64,000 bases of DNA from Octopus vulgaris. Lineage: Eukaryota. Under the pieces are notes generated by a model, which did no database searches, was not told where the DNA came from, and worked only from the letters and a program-made list of their open reading frames with translations. The stretch's first letter is position 1; each line of letters begins with the position of its first letter. Location: NCBI GenBank assembly GCA_951406725.2, contig OX597822.1, forward strand, positions 30,876,001 through 30,940,000. Direction: 5' to 3'. Made by a program: the position numbers and the translations under genes. Of the stretch, positions 42,598-58,002 are shown piece after piece.

Positions 42598-43430
42598 ATA
42601 TGAGGCTAAATAAAAATTAAGCAACGTTTTGAAGCATGGAATTCATCACAATATATTTCAACAATGCGGAAATTTTATTCATCAAAGTAAGTAGTATTAT
42701 AATCAACACATTTTTGTCAACGAGTTACAAGTTTGTTTATTTCGGTAACATAAAAACCTGGGGTTCTGGAGCTGATGAACTCTTTGAATGCACTTTCTGC
42801 ATAGGTTTGATTTTTTAACACCTTCTCTTACAGGAAACCATCAATGTGCTTGAAAGAGTGGTAGTTGGTAGGAAAATGTCTGGAAAATAAGCTTTGTGGC
42901 GAAGAACTTCGTAGCCAAGTTCCCTCAACTTCTGGAGAGTCATTAGTGAAACGTGTGGTCGAGCATTGATTGTCATGAAGAGTGATTGGCCCTGCTCTGT
43001 TGGCCAGTCTAGGACGGAGGGGTAGCAGGTTTTGGTTCCCTTTAGCAATTTCATGGAAATAAATTCCTGCAGTAGTGGTTTTTTTCTGGATTTTAAGATG
43101 CTATAGTGGATGAGCCCAGCGCTAAACCACCAAACAGTCACCATAACCTTCTTTTTGAAGAACTCAGGATTAGGGAAGGTTTTTGGTGCTTCATTTTGGT
43201 CCACTCACTGCGGATAACGTTGTTTATTATTGTACAGAGATCACTTCCCATCGGACGTTACAATATGGCCGAGAAATGGATCGGTCTGGTTACGGAGAAA
43301 AGGCGACGAGTAAATTTAATATCTGCGCATTTTCTGCTTTTCATTCAAATCATGTCGTACCCATTTGTCGAGCCTTTTTCATTTACTAATAGCATGCAGT
43401 TTTCTGGCTAACTTGAAGTTCTTTTACCAG
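42598..43430 (-). mobile_element. Decayed mariner (DD34D) transposon, transposase pseudogene
   Basis: KKVMVTVWWFSAGLIHYSIL, NARPHVSLMTLQKLRELGYEVLRHKAYFPD (cf. HDNARPH...HPPYSPDL); frameshifts; TIR-like end near 42600. Confidence 0.9.
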
Positions 43431-43439
43431 TTTGTTCTA

Positions 43440-43720
43440 TAAGTCGCAGTTTCTGCAACTGTTCTGTTCACCGCGAAAGATTTACCTGTCCTTTCCTTGA
43501 TGTTGTTTGTTCATTTTTCTCTCTGTACCTCTGTTCCTTTTCCTCTACGGTTCCTTTGTATGTGGCCTTTGCAAGGTCATTCGATCTTGTTACATGGTCA
43601 TGCCACCTACGCCATTTTGTTTTTAGCGTTGTGCGATCTTCATGGTTGAGCCAATACGATACTACGTGCTCTTTTTGTGGTCTACGTATATTTTACAGTA
43701 GTGTATCATTTCTGAAGCCT
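43440..43720 (-). mobile_element. RTE-clade LINE 3' coding fragment
   Basis: Minus translation TLKTKWRRWHDHVTRSNDLAKATYKGTVEEK resembles the RTE KLRWYGHVxRS...LAKTILQGTVEG motif. Confidence 0.65.
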
Positions 43721-45819
43721 TTATCGTCCTCTTACTCTCTGCCGTGTGAGTTTAGGTTTTGCATGCGGACAGGAATAAAGGAATTCCCATTGAATACAGG
43801 AATTTGATTTTGTTGTTCATAATGGCATTCGCATAATTCCATATTCCTTTCAGTATAGTTATTACAATCACTGTCCTTAAACGAGGTGTCCGTTAAGAGG
43901 TACTGCTGGCATTCGTTACGAATTAGCTTTCTCTTTTTCAGCACATGGCGTACTTACAGGAAGTTGTTTTAAGGTCCTTGAATCATTCAAGCGTTTCATC
44001 TTCCCATCATGTTAGCTCATCAATGTCATGATCAGTATACCTTTGATGTGTCAATGACTCCATCTCTGCCACATGATCTTCAAAGGGTATCATTCGTGAT
44101 CGCATTATCAAGTTAAAACTGCTGGGCGAAAGGAGAATACTCTGATAGATTTGTGCACTAGTATGACTACTACATTCTTTTCGTTATGTTTAAAAACGTT
44201 TTCGGCTCCATAATAGATCTTATTGCAATGTAAGATGGGTGTGTAGTAATGACCGCAAGCTAAATAGGAAAGTTGATATCAGATTTCCGTTACGATTCTG
44301 GCTATCTTTCTAAATTATGAGGCTTATGAGAATTCAAATTAGCGCTGCGATTGTTTAGCTCAATAGTAATATAGCCTGAACGATCGAACGTTGAAAGGCA
44401 TCCATTTTAGATAGTATTCCCACACATGCAGATATACACGTTCGTATAAACTGACACGGATTCATACACATAATCACATACGCAACGTAATTTTGGCTGG
44501 AAAAGGTTAGTCGATCGATTGACTGGTCTGTTTGTAAACGAGTTTGTGATTTTAAACATGGCTAAAGGATATAGCCTCTGATAACCTTACGTTAAGTTTT
44601 CCCTGCGGTAAGTTAAATAATTATTTATCTTCCTTAGTCTGAGCTTAATTTACTATTATAGAAAACTGATCGTCTGAATATTTATTCCAGCACCAGAGTT
44701 TCAATGGGTACTTTAAAATAGAACATATCACACACACACACACACGCACGCACACATATGTATACACGGAGAAATACACTCACTGTATATGTATCAGTAT
44801 GTGTGTGTGTAGATAAATAACCAGAATGATGTACCCAGTCAAATCGCAAACATACTCGCATTCACACATATTCAGCTAATCAGACATATTACCGATGTCC
44901 TTTATGCAGGTACTGATCTATTTGATGGCGTCTAAATTTCTAGAACCTTTACAATCTTACTACCAAATATTTAATTCTAGTCTGATTTTGGTACACATCT
45001 GAGTTCTCTCTTTCCGAGTATTTCAAATATAAGCGATTGTAAATTGATTCCTATTTTCAAAAACGGAAATTAAACCATCACCCCCGAGCCCACAACTAAA
45101 TACTGATAAGATATTTTACATTGCATAAAACCCCTTTTTATGTAGTTCCAGTTGGATACAGTACTGAAAGAAGTTTCAGGAGCTACGATACTGAAATTAC
45201 ATTTCACTTGCAATTTAATAACGACATATTGTCGCTGTATGTTTTACATTTCTCATAATATGTGATTTGAGGGTGAACGTGTCTATGATTTGTAGTTATT
45301 CCAGTAACTACACAGCGTCATCCATGACTATATTGGAAAGTTTTCCATAAATAATAAGATCATGATATATATCTAAAAGTTTTGACATTGGGGATTATCC
45401 ACAGGTTATTACTGATAAAAGGTAATGCTGTATAGCACGGACATTTGTCATTTCGTATATTTTAGTGGGCAATTTAAAGAACAAATATTACACGGCACCT
45501 TCTTAGTCACATCAAGAGATCAACTGCCATATATATATATAAAAAAACTTAAAGCTTATGATGATAACCGTGAAATGACTAAGGAAAATAGTCTAATAAA
45601 GCGGCATATCAGACTGCGACGGAAAAAAGAAGGCTTTCGCGGATAAGAAAGCCTTTTTTTCTCTCGAGATCTTTATGCCCCTGTGCTAGACTATTTTTCT
45701 TAGTCATCGCACTGTTGCACAGTGATCGCCATAACATTTAAGCTTATATAAAAATAACATTATTATTATTTACACTATTGTAAACTCGGCAACGTATAAC
45801 AACCATTCGCACCTAAAGC

Positions 45820-45860
<41 letters not shown>

Positions 45861-46188
45861 GAAATTTAAAGAAAAACAAATGAAGAATACAGGTGTATGA
45901 ATAATAAGCACGTGAATTAGTTTGACGCTCAGGAAAGTAAGTATTTTATGCTTCGAGCTTACGCTCTTCAACAGAAAGGAATAAGAGAAAATTAACCGAA
46001 AGAGAACATAAAAACTTCTGGATTTCGTGATCAAGCATAGCGGCTGGTGGGGAAGAATGTGTGAGAGAAAGTTGTGGCGAAAGAGTCAGAAGTTCACCAT
46101 TATTTTCTGCCGGAGCCGTGTGGAACTTAGGTATTTCGCTCATAAACACACACATCGGACGGTCTCAGATTCGAACCCGCGATCTATA

Positions 46189-46559
46189 GGAGCACCGCCT
46201 TTAGTCGAGCAAATCGACCCCAGGACTTATTCTTCGTAAGCCTAGTACTTATTCTATCTGTCTTTTTTGCTGAACCGCTAAGTTACGGGGACGTAAACAC
46301 AAAAGCATCGGTTGTCAAGATATGCTGGGGGGGGGGAGACAAGCACAGACACACAAACGTATACATACACGCAGCATATTTATATATACATATATACGAT
46401 GGCGTCCTTTTAGTTTCTGTCTAACAAATCCACTCACAAGGCTTTGGTCGGCCCGTGGTTATAGTAGAAAGCACTTGCCTAAGGTGCCACGCAGTAAGAC
46501 TGAACTCGGAACCATGTGGTTCGTAAGCAAGTTACTTACCACACAGCCACACCTACGCC

Positions 46560-46561
<2 letters not shown>
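46189..46561 (-). mobile_element. SINE family A, abutting another tRNA-like fragment (46030-46188)
   Basis: ggagcaccgcctttagtcgagcaaatcgacccc...accacacagccacacctacgcct; adjacent agattcgaacccgcgatct is a reverse B-box. Confidence 0.85.
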
Positions 46562-46641
<80 letters not shown>

Positions 46642-47089
46642 ACCTCCATTTGTTTTCATTAGCACCCGAGTATATGCCTCTGTCAGTGTGTATGTGTCAC
46701 ACCGTGAGTGTGTATTTCTGTATGTATAACACAGATTTCTATATTATGCAAATAATCTCAAGTGATCTTATAGCACCAAATGACCAAGAGATTCTGTACG
46801 ACTTGAATTTATAACGTCATCTTTAAAATATCGATATCGCCCAAAGCTATTTTGTGCTTCAAGATTTCTCTTCGGTAAACAAACAGCAGCTCTATGTTTT
46901 ATTTCTCTCGTTCAATCTCATCTATCCTCCAAGCAAGAATACATACTTCTCCTATCACACACATACATATATACACACGTATTTATCTTCTTTCTACATA
47001 TATATCTATTTATATTTATTTGTAAATATGCGTATATATTGCCATATTCAAATGGCATATGTGCATCACGATATATATATATATATAGT

Positions 47090-47330
47090 TAATCCAAACA
47101 AGAAAACACAGAAAAAAAACACAGAAAAAAACACAGAAAAAACACAGCAGCGCGAGGACGTGGAACAATTAAAGTATTATTTGAAGCTCAGGAAAGAAGG
47201 GAAGGAGGGTTTAGCGTTTCGAGCGGAGCTCTTCGTCGGAAACAAGGAGAAGGAAAGATCCCGAGAAGGGAAGACAGAGGAAAAAAATATTTTTGCTGGT
47301 GGTGCTCAAGAGATCACATGTTGAAAGAAC
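47090..47330 (-). mobile_element. Penelope-like terminal remnant with hammerhead-like motif at 47209-47243
   Basis: Minus: gttt-CCGACGA-a-gagc(tcc)gctc-GAAACGCT-aaac; flanked by (TA)n. Confidence 0.6.
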
Positions 47331-47340
47331 ATATATATAT

Positions 47341-47379
<39 letters not shown>

Positions 47380-47381
<2 letters not shown>

Positions 47382-47550
47382 AGGAAACATCGATTATGAT
47401 TTTATTCAACGTGTTCCCTTCTCAGCATACACAGCTTGTTATTGAAGTGGTCTTTCAGTTCCTCTAAAAAACAATGGAACTTGGAAGAGGGGCCTCTATC
47501 CAGGCCTTTAGCGATACTTTTAAAGCCAGGTGCTTTTCAGCAGTCCCTCA
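47380..47550. mobile_element. mariner-derived short non-autonomous fragment
   Basis: Ends aaagccaggtgcttttcagcagtccctcaTA, a mariner-like TIR. Confidence 0.55.
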
Positions 47551-47934
47551 TATAGCATTGGTGTCATTGCGCGCCATATCGTGGCGAAATCTTTCAGTCA
47601 TTTACTGTGTAAAAGTTTATTCAATCAACGAAAAATAAACGTCATTGTAATCATGTGCTGCTGGTTTTCGTTTGGTTTCTCCAAACAATATCCTATGCTT
47701 ACCTTTTGAATATTATAATTTTGTGCCATGCAGTAGAATGTATGTCCAAGTACCTTTTCTACTCTATATATTTTCTCATTCTGTTTTCTCCGTCTATCAA
47801 CGTCTCTGCCTTTATTTCTCTATGTGTGAATCTGTGCTCTATCACAGTTGGAGGTTATAGTCTTTTCTACCCTATGCACAATACCCAAACTTCTTGGGGG
47901 AGCGGCCAGCCGGTTGGATTGACCTGAGTGAGCA

Positions 47935-48468
47935 ATTGATACTTAATTTATCGACCCCGAAAGGATGAAAGGCAAATTCCACCTCGGTGAAATTTGAACA
48001 CAGAACATAAAGACAGACGAAATACCGCTAAGCATTTCGCTCGCGTGCTAAAATTTCTTATTTCTTTACTACCCACAATGGGTTACTCACAGAGGGGATA
48101 AACAAGGACAGACAACCGGATTAAGTCGATTATATCGACCCTAGTGCAAAACTGGTACTTAATTTATAGACCCCGAAAGGATGAAAGGCAAAGTCGACCT
48201 CGGCGGAATTTGATCTCATAACGTGGCGTCACACGAAAAACCTATTTCTTTACTACCGACAAGGAGCTAAACACAGAGAGGACAAACAAGGACAGATAAA
48301 CGGATTGAGTCGATTATATCGACTCCAGTGCGTAACTGGTACTTAATTTATCGACCCCGAAAGAATGAAAGACAAAGTCGACCTCAGCGGAATTTGAACT
48401 CAGAACGTAGCGGCAGACGAAATACTGCTAAGAATTACGCCCGGCGTGCTAACGTTTCTGCCAGCTCG
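47935..48468 (-). mobile_element. SINE family B head-to-tail trimer
   Basis: Three repeats of cgaccccgaaaggatgaaaggcaaagtcgacctcggcgg; junctions near 48241 and 48058. Confidence 0.9.
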
Positions 48469-48476
48469 CTTATTTA

Positions 48477-48511
<35 letters not shown>

Positions 48512-50039
48512 CATACATACGTATATATATATATATATACATACATATATATATATATATACATACATACATACATACATACATACATACATACATACAT
48601 ACATACATACATACATACGTATGTATGTCTCTATCCATCATCTATGTTAGTTTGTGTATCCTGCTAAATGTAGTATTTCGTATATTCTAATTGTTCAATA
48701 AAATAAAAACAATAACAGTTCGGCAAATGGGCGTAATTTCGAAATAAGCACACCTTCGTAACTTTATAATTTTAAAATTTCATTTACCTTTTGTTTCAAA
48801 GACAATTTTAATTATTTTAAACAAGTAATTACGTTTGTAGGTAAAGAAATATAAAAAGAGGTTTCTGAAATTTGCAATTAATTGAAAAGTCTTTCTTTAA
48901 ATATAAAAATTAGATCAACTATAAATATATTTCAAGAAAATGATTTCTCCTAAGAATTTAGTCTTCTTTCACAAAATTGAAAGTATGTCTTCAAAAAGAC
49001 GCAGTTCTCCAACCTGTTAACTGAGTCAATTCATTTTTATTATGAGGAGGATGTGTCTGTGAGCACGAAAATTGGACTAACAAATTGCCTCTTTGAATAA
49101 ATTTTAGAAGGTTTTTAAATCCTCAAAAACATGGCGATGGAAAAATTTTATAGATGCAAAATCATTTTTCTCATTAATGATGAGAACGTAATGCAAAATG
49201 ATTCTTTAATATTTTGCTGGCGAGGTTCAATAAATATTCCTTTCTAATGAGCTGAATTTCTAAAGTTTGCATTCACAGATTTTAACTAAAATTCATATTC
49301 AGCCGTTTACCCACAATATTCCAATAATTGCTGTTTGTGTTTTTACTCTTTCATCAAATCGTTCATTCATCCGTTTGTTCCCTAATAATAGTGTTAGGAC
49401 TGTCCGAATGGAGATTGTGATGATAGTGCTGCTGAGCATGCACCACTGCCAGAGACCTCAATTCTTCCTTGCTCCTATATGGGTTGAAAATTGGAATTCA
49501 ACAGTCCCAAGAAGATTGGGCGTTTCAATTCTCAAAGAAGTCTTAATCACGTGAGGCCTGGAGATAAGATAGACGACATGCTACGTTTAATAATATTGAT
49601 GTGGTTTTAATCTTTTAAATATGTCCAGCAGCATGACCGGGAAAAAATAATTATATAGATACAAGCTCAATTTTGTCTTCTCCTCTTATACATGAAGCCT
49701 TATCTTCTTATCTATTAGGGATGAAAAGAGACAGGCATTTTGAAATGGTTTTAAACTATGTACTCTTGTCCAGTAGCATGGCTGTCTATGATTACGTTTT
49801 CGGATAGAAAATATGTATTATTCTTCCTGATTTCTCTTTAAACTTACCAGGACAGGAAAGGGGGCAAATGATCTGACATGTTTAGTAATATTAATTTTTA
49901 ACTTTTTAAACGTGTGCAACAACATAGCTACAAAGGAAGTATTTTAAAATAGAAGAACCTGTGTTTTTTTCCTATCCTATTATGCTTGAAAAGATTATCT
50001 TCCTTGTATATTATAGTAGAAAAGTGCAGGCCAGCTGAC

Positions 50040-50700
50040 AGAGGTGGGCACTAATAGCTTAGCAGTATGTCTTAAAACGGACGGCATGAAAACAGAATAT
50101 ATACAGTCGGAAGGCGTAGCACAAAGCTGAATAGAGGTGGGGAGCGATGAAATCGAGATTGCTAAAGAGGTGTATCTACTTTTGGTAGATATAGATATAG
50201 TTGCTGAAATCTCAAAGAAAAACGGGAAGGATGGAGGCGTTTATCTCAATAATATATGTGATCAAAAGAAAGATAGACGCTGCCATAGGTGCCAGACTCT
50301 TCAATAACACCGTTCTACATGCGATCTTATACGCAGGCGAGACTTGGGCTACTATGAAGGAGATAGAACATCGATTAGCTACAACGTAAAGGACTATGGA
50401 AAGATTCATGCAAGAATTACCATTACGAGAGCACATTCAATATGAGATTATTCCAGGATGGAGAGGAGTGAACGATGTGGTCGCAGAATACCGAACGCTG
50501 AGCAAAAAATGTTACAAGGTTCCTAGACAACATGTGGACCTACGCAGTTTCCAAATGGTATCCAAGAGATCGGAAAAGACCACTTGGAAGGCCTCCACAA
50601 TGACAAGAGGACTGTAGGTAAGCAATTTGAGTGTAGAAATCAAAGAATTGCGCAATTAAGACAAAATTGGAAGTGCATTATGAGCAGCGGTTTACAATAG
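50040..50700 (+). mobile_element. Decayed RTE-clade LINE 3' region
   Basis: LFNNTVLHAILYAGETWATMKEIEHRLATT*RTMERFM, then WYPRDRKRPLGRPP in another frame. Confidence 0.85.
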
Positions 50701-51302
50701 CATCTCATAGTTTGGTGGATTCTGTAATACGGTGACATATCAGTAATGTATAATTCGTCATCACATTAATAAAGAGAGAAATGAAACCTCCCAAAAATTC
50801 ATTAATATTTTTGGTGAGGCAATTTATTCATCAGTTCGAGAAGAATTGCCCTACCTTTCTAACACACTCATTCAACAAATCAAGAATCTTATTTTGAAGA
50901 CATCTCTGCATCTTTCGTTCACAGATTATATAACTTCTGTATTAAAATAACTTGCTTTCTTATTTATTCGAAAATAGATACTGCAACCAAACACACACAT
51001 CTACTCAAACAGACAAATATATATCAGTGAGACATACATACTCACGCCCATTCATATTAGGCACTTAGACACACGACACCCACGCAAGGAAGAAGCAATG
51101 ACACGTTCACAAACGCAAGCACATATTTCTATTCATTTTATGTACTTCTGTGTGCAATGTATAAATGTGTGTTAGCAGATATTCGCACACATGCGTGCAT
51201 ATGTATGTATGTCTGTGTATATGTATCTAACTATGTATGTATGTATGTATATTATATTCACACACATAAATCAAAAGCTTATTGACATACGCACTTGTGT
51301 GT

Positions 51303-51391
<89 letters not shown>

Positions 51392-52139
51392 AATATATAT
51401 GTAAGTATATATATATATGCGTGTACTATAAATATGTACGTACGTATATGTGCGTGCAACACTATTGATAGAAACTTAGTATATATTAGACAAAAATATA
51501 CACAAATATATACGTTATTTGCCTCTATATATATACAGCAAAAGTTCAACTCTTTACACAAATATACACAGACACACATTCAGTTACATACAGGCGCAAG
51601 CACACACACACATTCGTACACACACACGCGCAAAGTCGTAACCCAAAATAACACATAATATACAGATGTTTAGTCGTAATCTAAAATAGTTTAGATGTTG
51701 AAACCCCGTTGCGAGTTCATGCAGGTCTACCGATGAACGATCGTGATTTTGACATCTCCTTGAATATCATTCAACTTGTGTACTGCCAGAACTTGCTCAC
51801 TATTCAAATCTCTTATCGCTCTCCTACACACATTCACTCTCTGTCCTTCTTTCTCTCGTGCTCTCGCGCATACACAAACGGACACACAGACACATATCAG
51901 AAATTAATAATTCTTTGATAAAAACTTCAAAAAGAATAATTCATTAAAGAATGGTTTTAGAGACACACGCTCGCTATTGGTGGCATGAAGCCCAAAACTA
52001 TTTCTGACAAAACCACACACGCATTATATGTATGTATATATACGTACAATATATGTATACATAGATACATACATAGAAATGCGTACATACATACATACAC
52101 ATAAATTAAATATATATTAATATGTATGTAAGCATGCAT

Positions 52140-52342
<203 letters not shown>

Positions 52343-53124
52343 ATATCCTGGAATTGGATTAAGTGATTTGCTCAATGGTGCTACAGAATTAGACATTATG
52401 GTTCTTAAACATACATATAATTAGAACATATATTGTAACAGACGTAGACATGTCCGGCCATGTGTACATCCATCCTCACCTACATACATACAATTCCTCC
52501 ACAAAACTATACTTACATACATTTGAACATTCCACTTAATATTTACAGGCATATTCACACTGATACATAGAAACATACGCAGTTACGTCATCTACAGAAA
52601 TATGACTAAGAACAGTACCAATTAATGGGCACACAATTAGAATTAAAATATTAATGGGAATATTGAATGCTAACATATGTTTATACGATTAGTGAAACAC
52701 ATTTTAGCTATATTCAGGCGTAGTTCATTGTGTATTTCAGCATCTGTGTAGGGCAAGAATATTACGGTCACAGCCCGCAGCTTATTTTCTCTGCGTAAGG
52801 CATTATAGCCAATATAATGAAATAAAGAAGATTGCGGTCACATACACATATGTATTCGTCGATAAGGTGAAGATCTCTGCTCACCAAGGGGCAGTTCCAG
52901 CTGGTCAGAAAATTTTCACAGGATAGAGAATAGAATTTGCTTAGGATAAATATCCCTACTTCGAACTAGATCCAAAGCCTATCTGTAGGGTGCCGTATTG
53001 GGCAGGACGATTCCTTTCATATTACTGAGGCCTATTCAGCTGAAAATGTGTACCATCTGAAAAATCTCAGCCAGCTGTCATATCTGGATCTGCAGCTGAG
53101 TCGAACGGCGAGAGGCGAGAGCAG

Positions 53125-53230
<106 letters not shown>

Positions 53231-53399
53231 CTATCTCTCTTAATAGGAACCTAAAAAGATATATTAAGGAAAGCATGGTGCATGTCATAACAGTTAACTA
53301 ACGGTTGTGTGAGTGTGTGTGTGAGTGTGTGTATTTGTGTGCGTGTGTGTGTGTATGTGTGTCTGTGTGTGTGTGTGTGTGCGTGTATGGATCTATACA

Positions 53400-54190
53400 G
53401 AAAGGCAAAGCCAGTAGCATCGGCGGGGAGCTTCTTCAAATTCACGGAAGTCGTTTTCCGTAAGCGAGTGGAGGACCTTCTGCGGTTCGCTCCGGATCTT
53501 GAGAATGATGTTAAAACAGCGACCTTTGAGCTGCGTTTTCACCTTGGGGGAAGAGATGGCAGTCCGCAGGTGCTAAATTTAACGACTATGGTGGGTACAA
53601 TCGCGATACCATGTTGATTTTGGCGAGAAACTCACGAGTGAGAAGATTTTGGTAAAGAATCCAATTCACCGCGCTCCACAGATCCGGTCATTTCGCCAAA
53701 TGTCCTCTCTAATACGCTTCAAAACAATCTCTCGATCGATGGTCAGGTACTGAGGGACCGAGTTCTCAATGTACGGTGCCATATTTCAGTAGGTGACGCT
53801 CGTTGCAGGTCTTCCAGATCACACATCGTTTTCTAGTAACGTTCTTCCGCTTTTGAAGCGCCTGTGCCACTCGAAACATTGTGTACGACCCATTGCCTCG
53901 TCACCACGAGCTTGTCGACATATGCTCAATGTCTTTGCAGTTGACTTCTCAAGTTTAACGCAAAATTACACGTTGGTTCGTTGGTCTTGTTCATAACAAA
54001 ATTGCAGAGTACAACATACACGTGATCACGAAAATACAAATTTCACAACTTACGAAGTAAAGAGAGTGATGTCACTCGGCTCACTTCTTCATGAAGGCCT
54101 GTGCTAGCTTTCACTGTGCACGCAACCGCATATTGGCGCCCGTTGACGCGCTACAGAACTAGACCTGGAACATTTTGATACCAACTCTCA
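53400..54190 (-). mobile_element. Internally deleted mariner remnant
   Basis: Minus strand starts gagttggtatcaaaatgttccagg (TIR like 34306); decayed LFPK..LKGRRF-like C-terminus near 53500-53555. Confidence 0.65.
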
Positions 54191-54869
54191 TTAACGTGCA
54201 TATAAGCATATTAAGTCGTTATACAATCACATGTACATGTATACATACATACATACATACATGCATGCATACATACATACATACATACATACACACATAG
54301 ACTTTTATATACTTCTAAACACGGACACTCATCTAAATTTGTCAACATGTATGCGAGCGTGTGAGTGCATACGTCTGCCTATACAGGATTTTTTTCCTCT
54401 TCGTATTGTATTATTTCTAATTAACAGTGAATCATTTAATCAGCTCCTATTCATGAGAAGATATAAATTTCATTGTTTTTTTTCCAGCTCCCGGAAAACT
54501 GTCCAATTTCCAAAATATAGCTCTGGATATTTTGGATATGAAACAAGAGAATATAACTTAATTTATAGACGATCAACTGTTATGTCTCATTTAACTTTAT
54601 TCAACTCGATTATATTTAAGTAGTCCAAAGTTGGGTATCAGATTTGTCAAAACCATATAATGGCTGTTGTTGCTGTTGTTCCTGTTCAATTCCAGGTCTG
54701 TCTAATTGCGCCGATCCATAGGCTTTCTTGGTTTGGTCATCTTGCCATTCACATTATCTTATTTCGCTTTGTTGAATCCAATAACTTCAACTTATTGTCT
54801 CTCCTATGATCTATATTCAGCTCTATTCTTCCTGAAGCAGAAAGAAGTACCTTCGGGTCCATTATGTTA

Positions 54870-54936
<67 letters not shown>

Positions 54937-54939
<3 letters not shown>

Positions 54940-55082
54940 CTTTGATCTTTCTCCTTTTTCTGAAGAAATGTTTTGCTTGAAACTTAAAACACCCTTTCTG
55001 TCCTTCCCCGAGCGTCTTATTAATAATTTGCATATACGACGTCCACGCGTTGTTTTTTCATGTCTTATTACTCCGTTGTGTT

Positions 55083-55085
<3 letters not shown>
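54937..55085 (+). mobile_element. Penelope-like terminal remnant in (TA)n, with decayed hammerhead motif at 54956-54990
   Basis: tttt-CTGAAGA-aatgttttgctt-GAAACTTA-aaac; downstream resembles the 47090-47330 and 32770-32968 remnants. Confidence 0.5.
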
Positions 55086-55133
<48 letters not shown>

Positions 55134-55550
55134 ATTGGTTCTTGGTATAATTCAACAAAGAGGGCTGAGTCAAATATTTCTGTTTGAGGATCACAATACA
55201 TACCGTCAGTTGCTACTAATCGTTCCACGTATCAGAAAATCCAAACATGTCTAGAGGTATGAAGGTGCGTAACGTAGGGTTTAGATGTTTTGTTTTCACG
55301 ATCATTAAGTCGCGGCCTCGCTACTTGGGCAGGTTTTGTCTTTGAGTAATGCGTATTACTTCAACGTTGCATGCTGTCTCTGCATCTGTTGGAGGTAAAG
55401 ATTACCTCTGTGGTACAATGTTGCATTAATAGTGAGTCATGTTATCTCATTTAATGAAATATCACTGAACATGGAATATATTTTGGCCTAATGGTTCTGT
55501 AGGTTGGAGACTAAGTAGATTTGATATTTTAATATATGTATTTGACATTA

Positions 55551-55984
55551 TACTCTCTTTTTACTCCTTTACTCTTTTACTCTTTTACTTGTTTCAGTCA
55601 TTTGACTGCGGCCATGCTGGAGCACCGCCTTTAGTCGAGCAAATCGACCCCGGGACTTATTCTTTTGTAAGCCCAGTACTTATTCTATCGGTCTCTTTTG
55701 CCGAACCGCTAAGTGACGGGGACGTAAACACACCAGCATCGGTTGTCAAGCAATGCTAGAGGGACAAACACAGACACACAAACATATACACACACACACT
55801 TATATATATATATATACATATATACGATAGGCTTCTTTCAGTTTCCATCTACCAAATCCACTCACAAGGCATTGGTCGACCCGAGGCTATAGCAGAAGAC
55901 ACTTGCCCAAGATGCCACGCAGTGGGACTGAACCCGCAACCATATGGTTGGTAAGCAAGCTACTTACCACACAGCCACTCCTGC
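55551..55984 (-). mobile_element. SINE family A, full length, young
   Basis: Near-identical to 58003-58440; (tactcttt)n tail. Confidence 0.92.
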
Positions 55985-56592
55985 TTCAAAAGTTTCCTGT
56001 TTTCCTTTCTCAATTGTTTCTTAGCCATACTACGTAGCAAAATTCGACACTGCTTTGAAAATGAAGAAGCAATCCACATGAATATCGTGTTAAACTTCTG
56101 AGTTCGTATAAATTGGACTGCAAATATAAGTATAGACATGAATACTAGATGAAAAACAAGCCCATATTTTTGATTGAGCCTGTTTCAAAAAGAAAACAAT
56201 CGGTTTTCATAAGACCATTTATTACAGAACAAATTCAAAATTTTCTTTCACTGATTAAGAAGACGAAAATATTGTAGGGTGGTGGCAATGTTTTTGTGAA
56301 CCTCTGTAGTTAAAGAAAATCAATTATTTCGCTTGTTAACGAGGAAAGCTATTTTGTTTCAATTCATATCTGACATTTAATTGCCAGCAATATAATTGTG
56401 CGTCAGACATTATAACAACGAATTAGAAAAGACCCTAGATTGCAGAAATGGAATGATGCCAGCACAGTAGTTAATTTGTTGGGTAAAATTAACAATAAAA
56501 GCAGAGATGAATTTACCCAGTTCGTTATTGTTGAGTTCTTGGGAATTTCTGAATCTCTCCTTATCAAAGCCATGGAATTTAGAATGATGTTG

Positions 56593-56897
56593 ACTCATGA
56601 CTCTAGCTTATCGAGAATCAATTATCGAACCAGATAACGAGTCTCTTGCCAAAGCAGGCCATCATGTCAATGAAAAGAGGATTAGTGTATTTTATTCATT
56701 TAGAATCTCTGCCAAAACAGTAATTTCCCGACATGCATGTTTATGTCAACATTATGTCGGGAAATCACTATGTTTTGGCAGAGATTCTGAATGAATAAAA
56801 TATACTAATCCTCTTTTCATTGACACGATGGCCTGCTTTGGCAAAAGACTCGTTATCTGGTTCGATAATTCATTCTCGATAAGCTAGAGTCTTGAGT
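56593..56897. repeat. Long quasi-palindrome (arms 56593-56734 and 56754-56897, 19-nt loop)
   Basis: Arms are reverse complements with about 7 substitutions and one 2-nt indel by manual alignment. Confidence 0.95.
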
Positions 56898-57122
56898 TCA
56901 CAGCTTAGAAAATATGGTTGTAGAGAGATGACGGTGTAGACATTTCTAACGTACACACGAACATAATCTTGATAAGATAAGGAACGACCTAGTTAGCAAA
57001 ATTTATGTACTAGAACTTACCATATCTACAGTTAAATAACGACACTTATCTTGCTAGATATTAACTTAGACCTCAATCTCGTATTTTTAACAAGGTTCTC
57101 CATATTTCCTTAGACTCCTAAA

Positions 57123-57614
<492 letters not shown>

Positions 57615-58002
57615 ATACGTCAAATTTGAAAGGCGCTAATTCAAAGTGAAAAATCATTGCATTTGCCTTCAAACCCGAACGACTACAAGCTAATAAATTA
57701 AATAAACACCCGCCAAATTTATAATAGTCCTGTGACACCGCCTTTCAGATAGCTTCAATATAAAATCTGGTATTGTCAAATCTGTTCTTAATCTCATCCG
57801 CAAAATCCACATTATCGTATAACTGACCAGTATCCTAAACTAGTTAAGCACTAATATTTAAAAAAATTAAGTATTTAACACTTAAAAAAGCTAAGTTTTA
57901 GGGAATTTCATCGCAGATTTTAAGTATGACAGTCTAACTAACAAGCGTTCAACGCATAAAAATGACGATTACATCTTAATTACCAAAGTGAATATTTATG
58001 AT

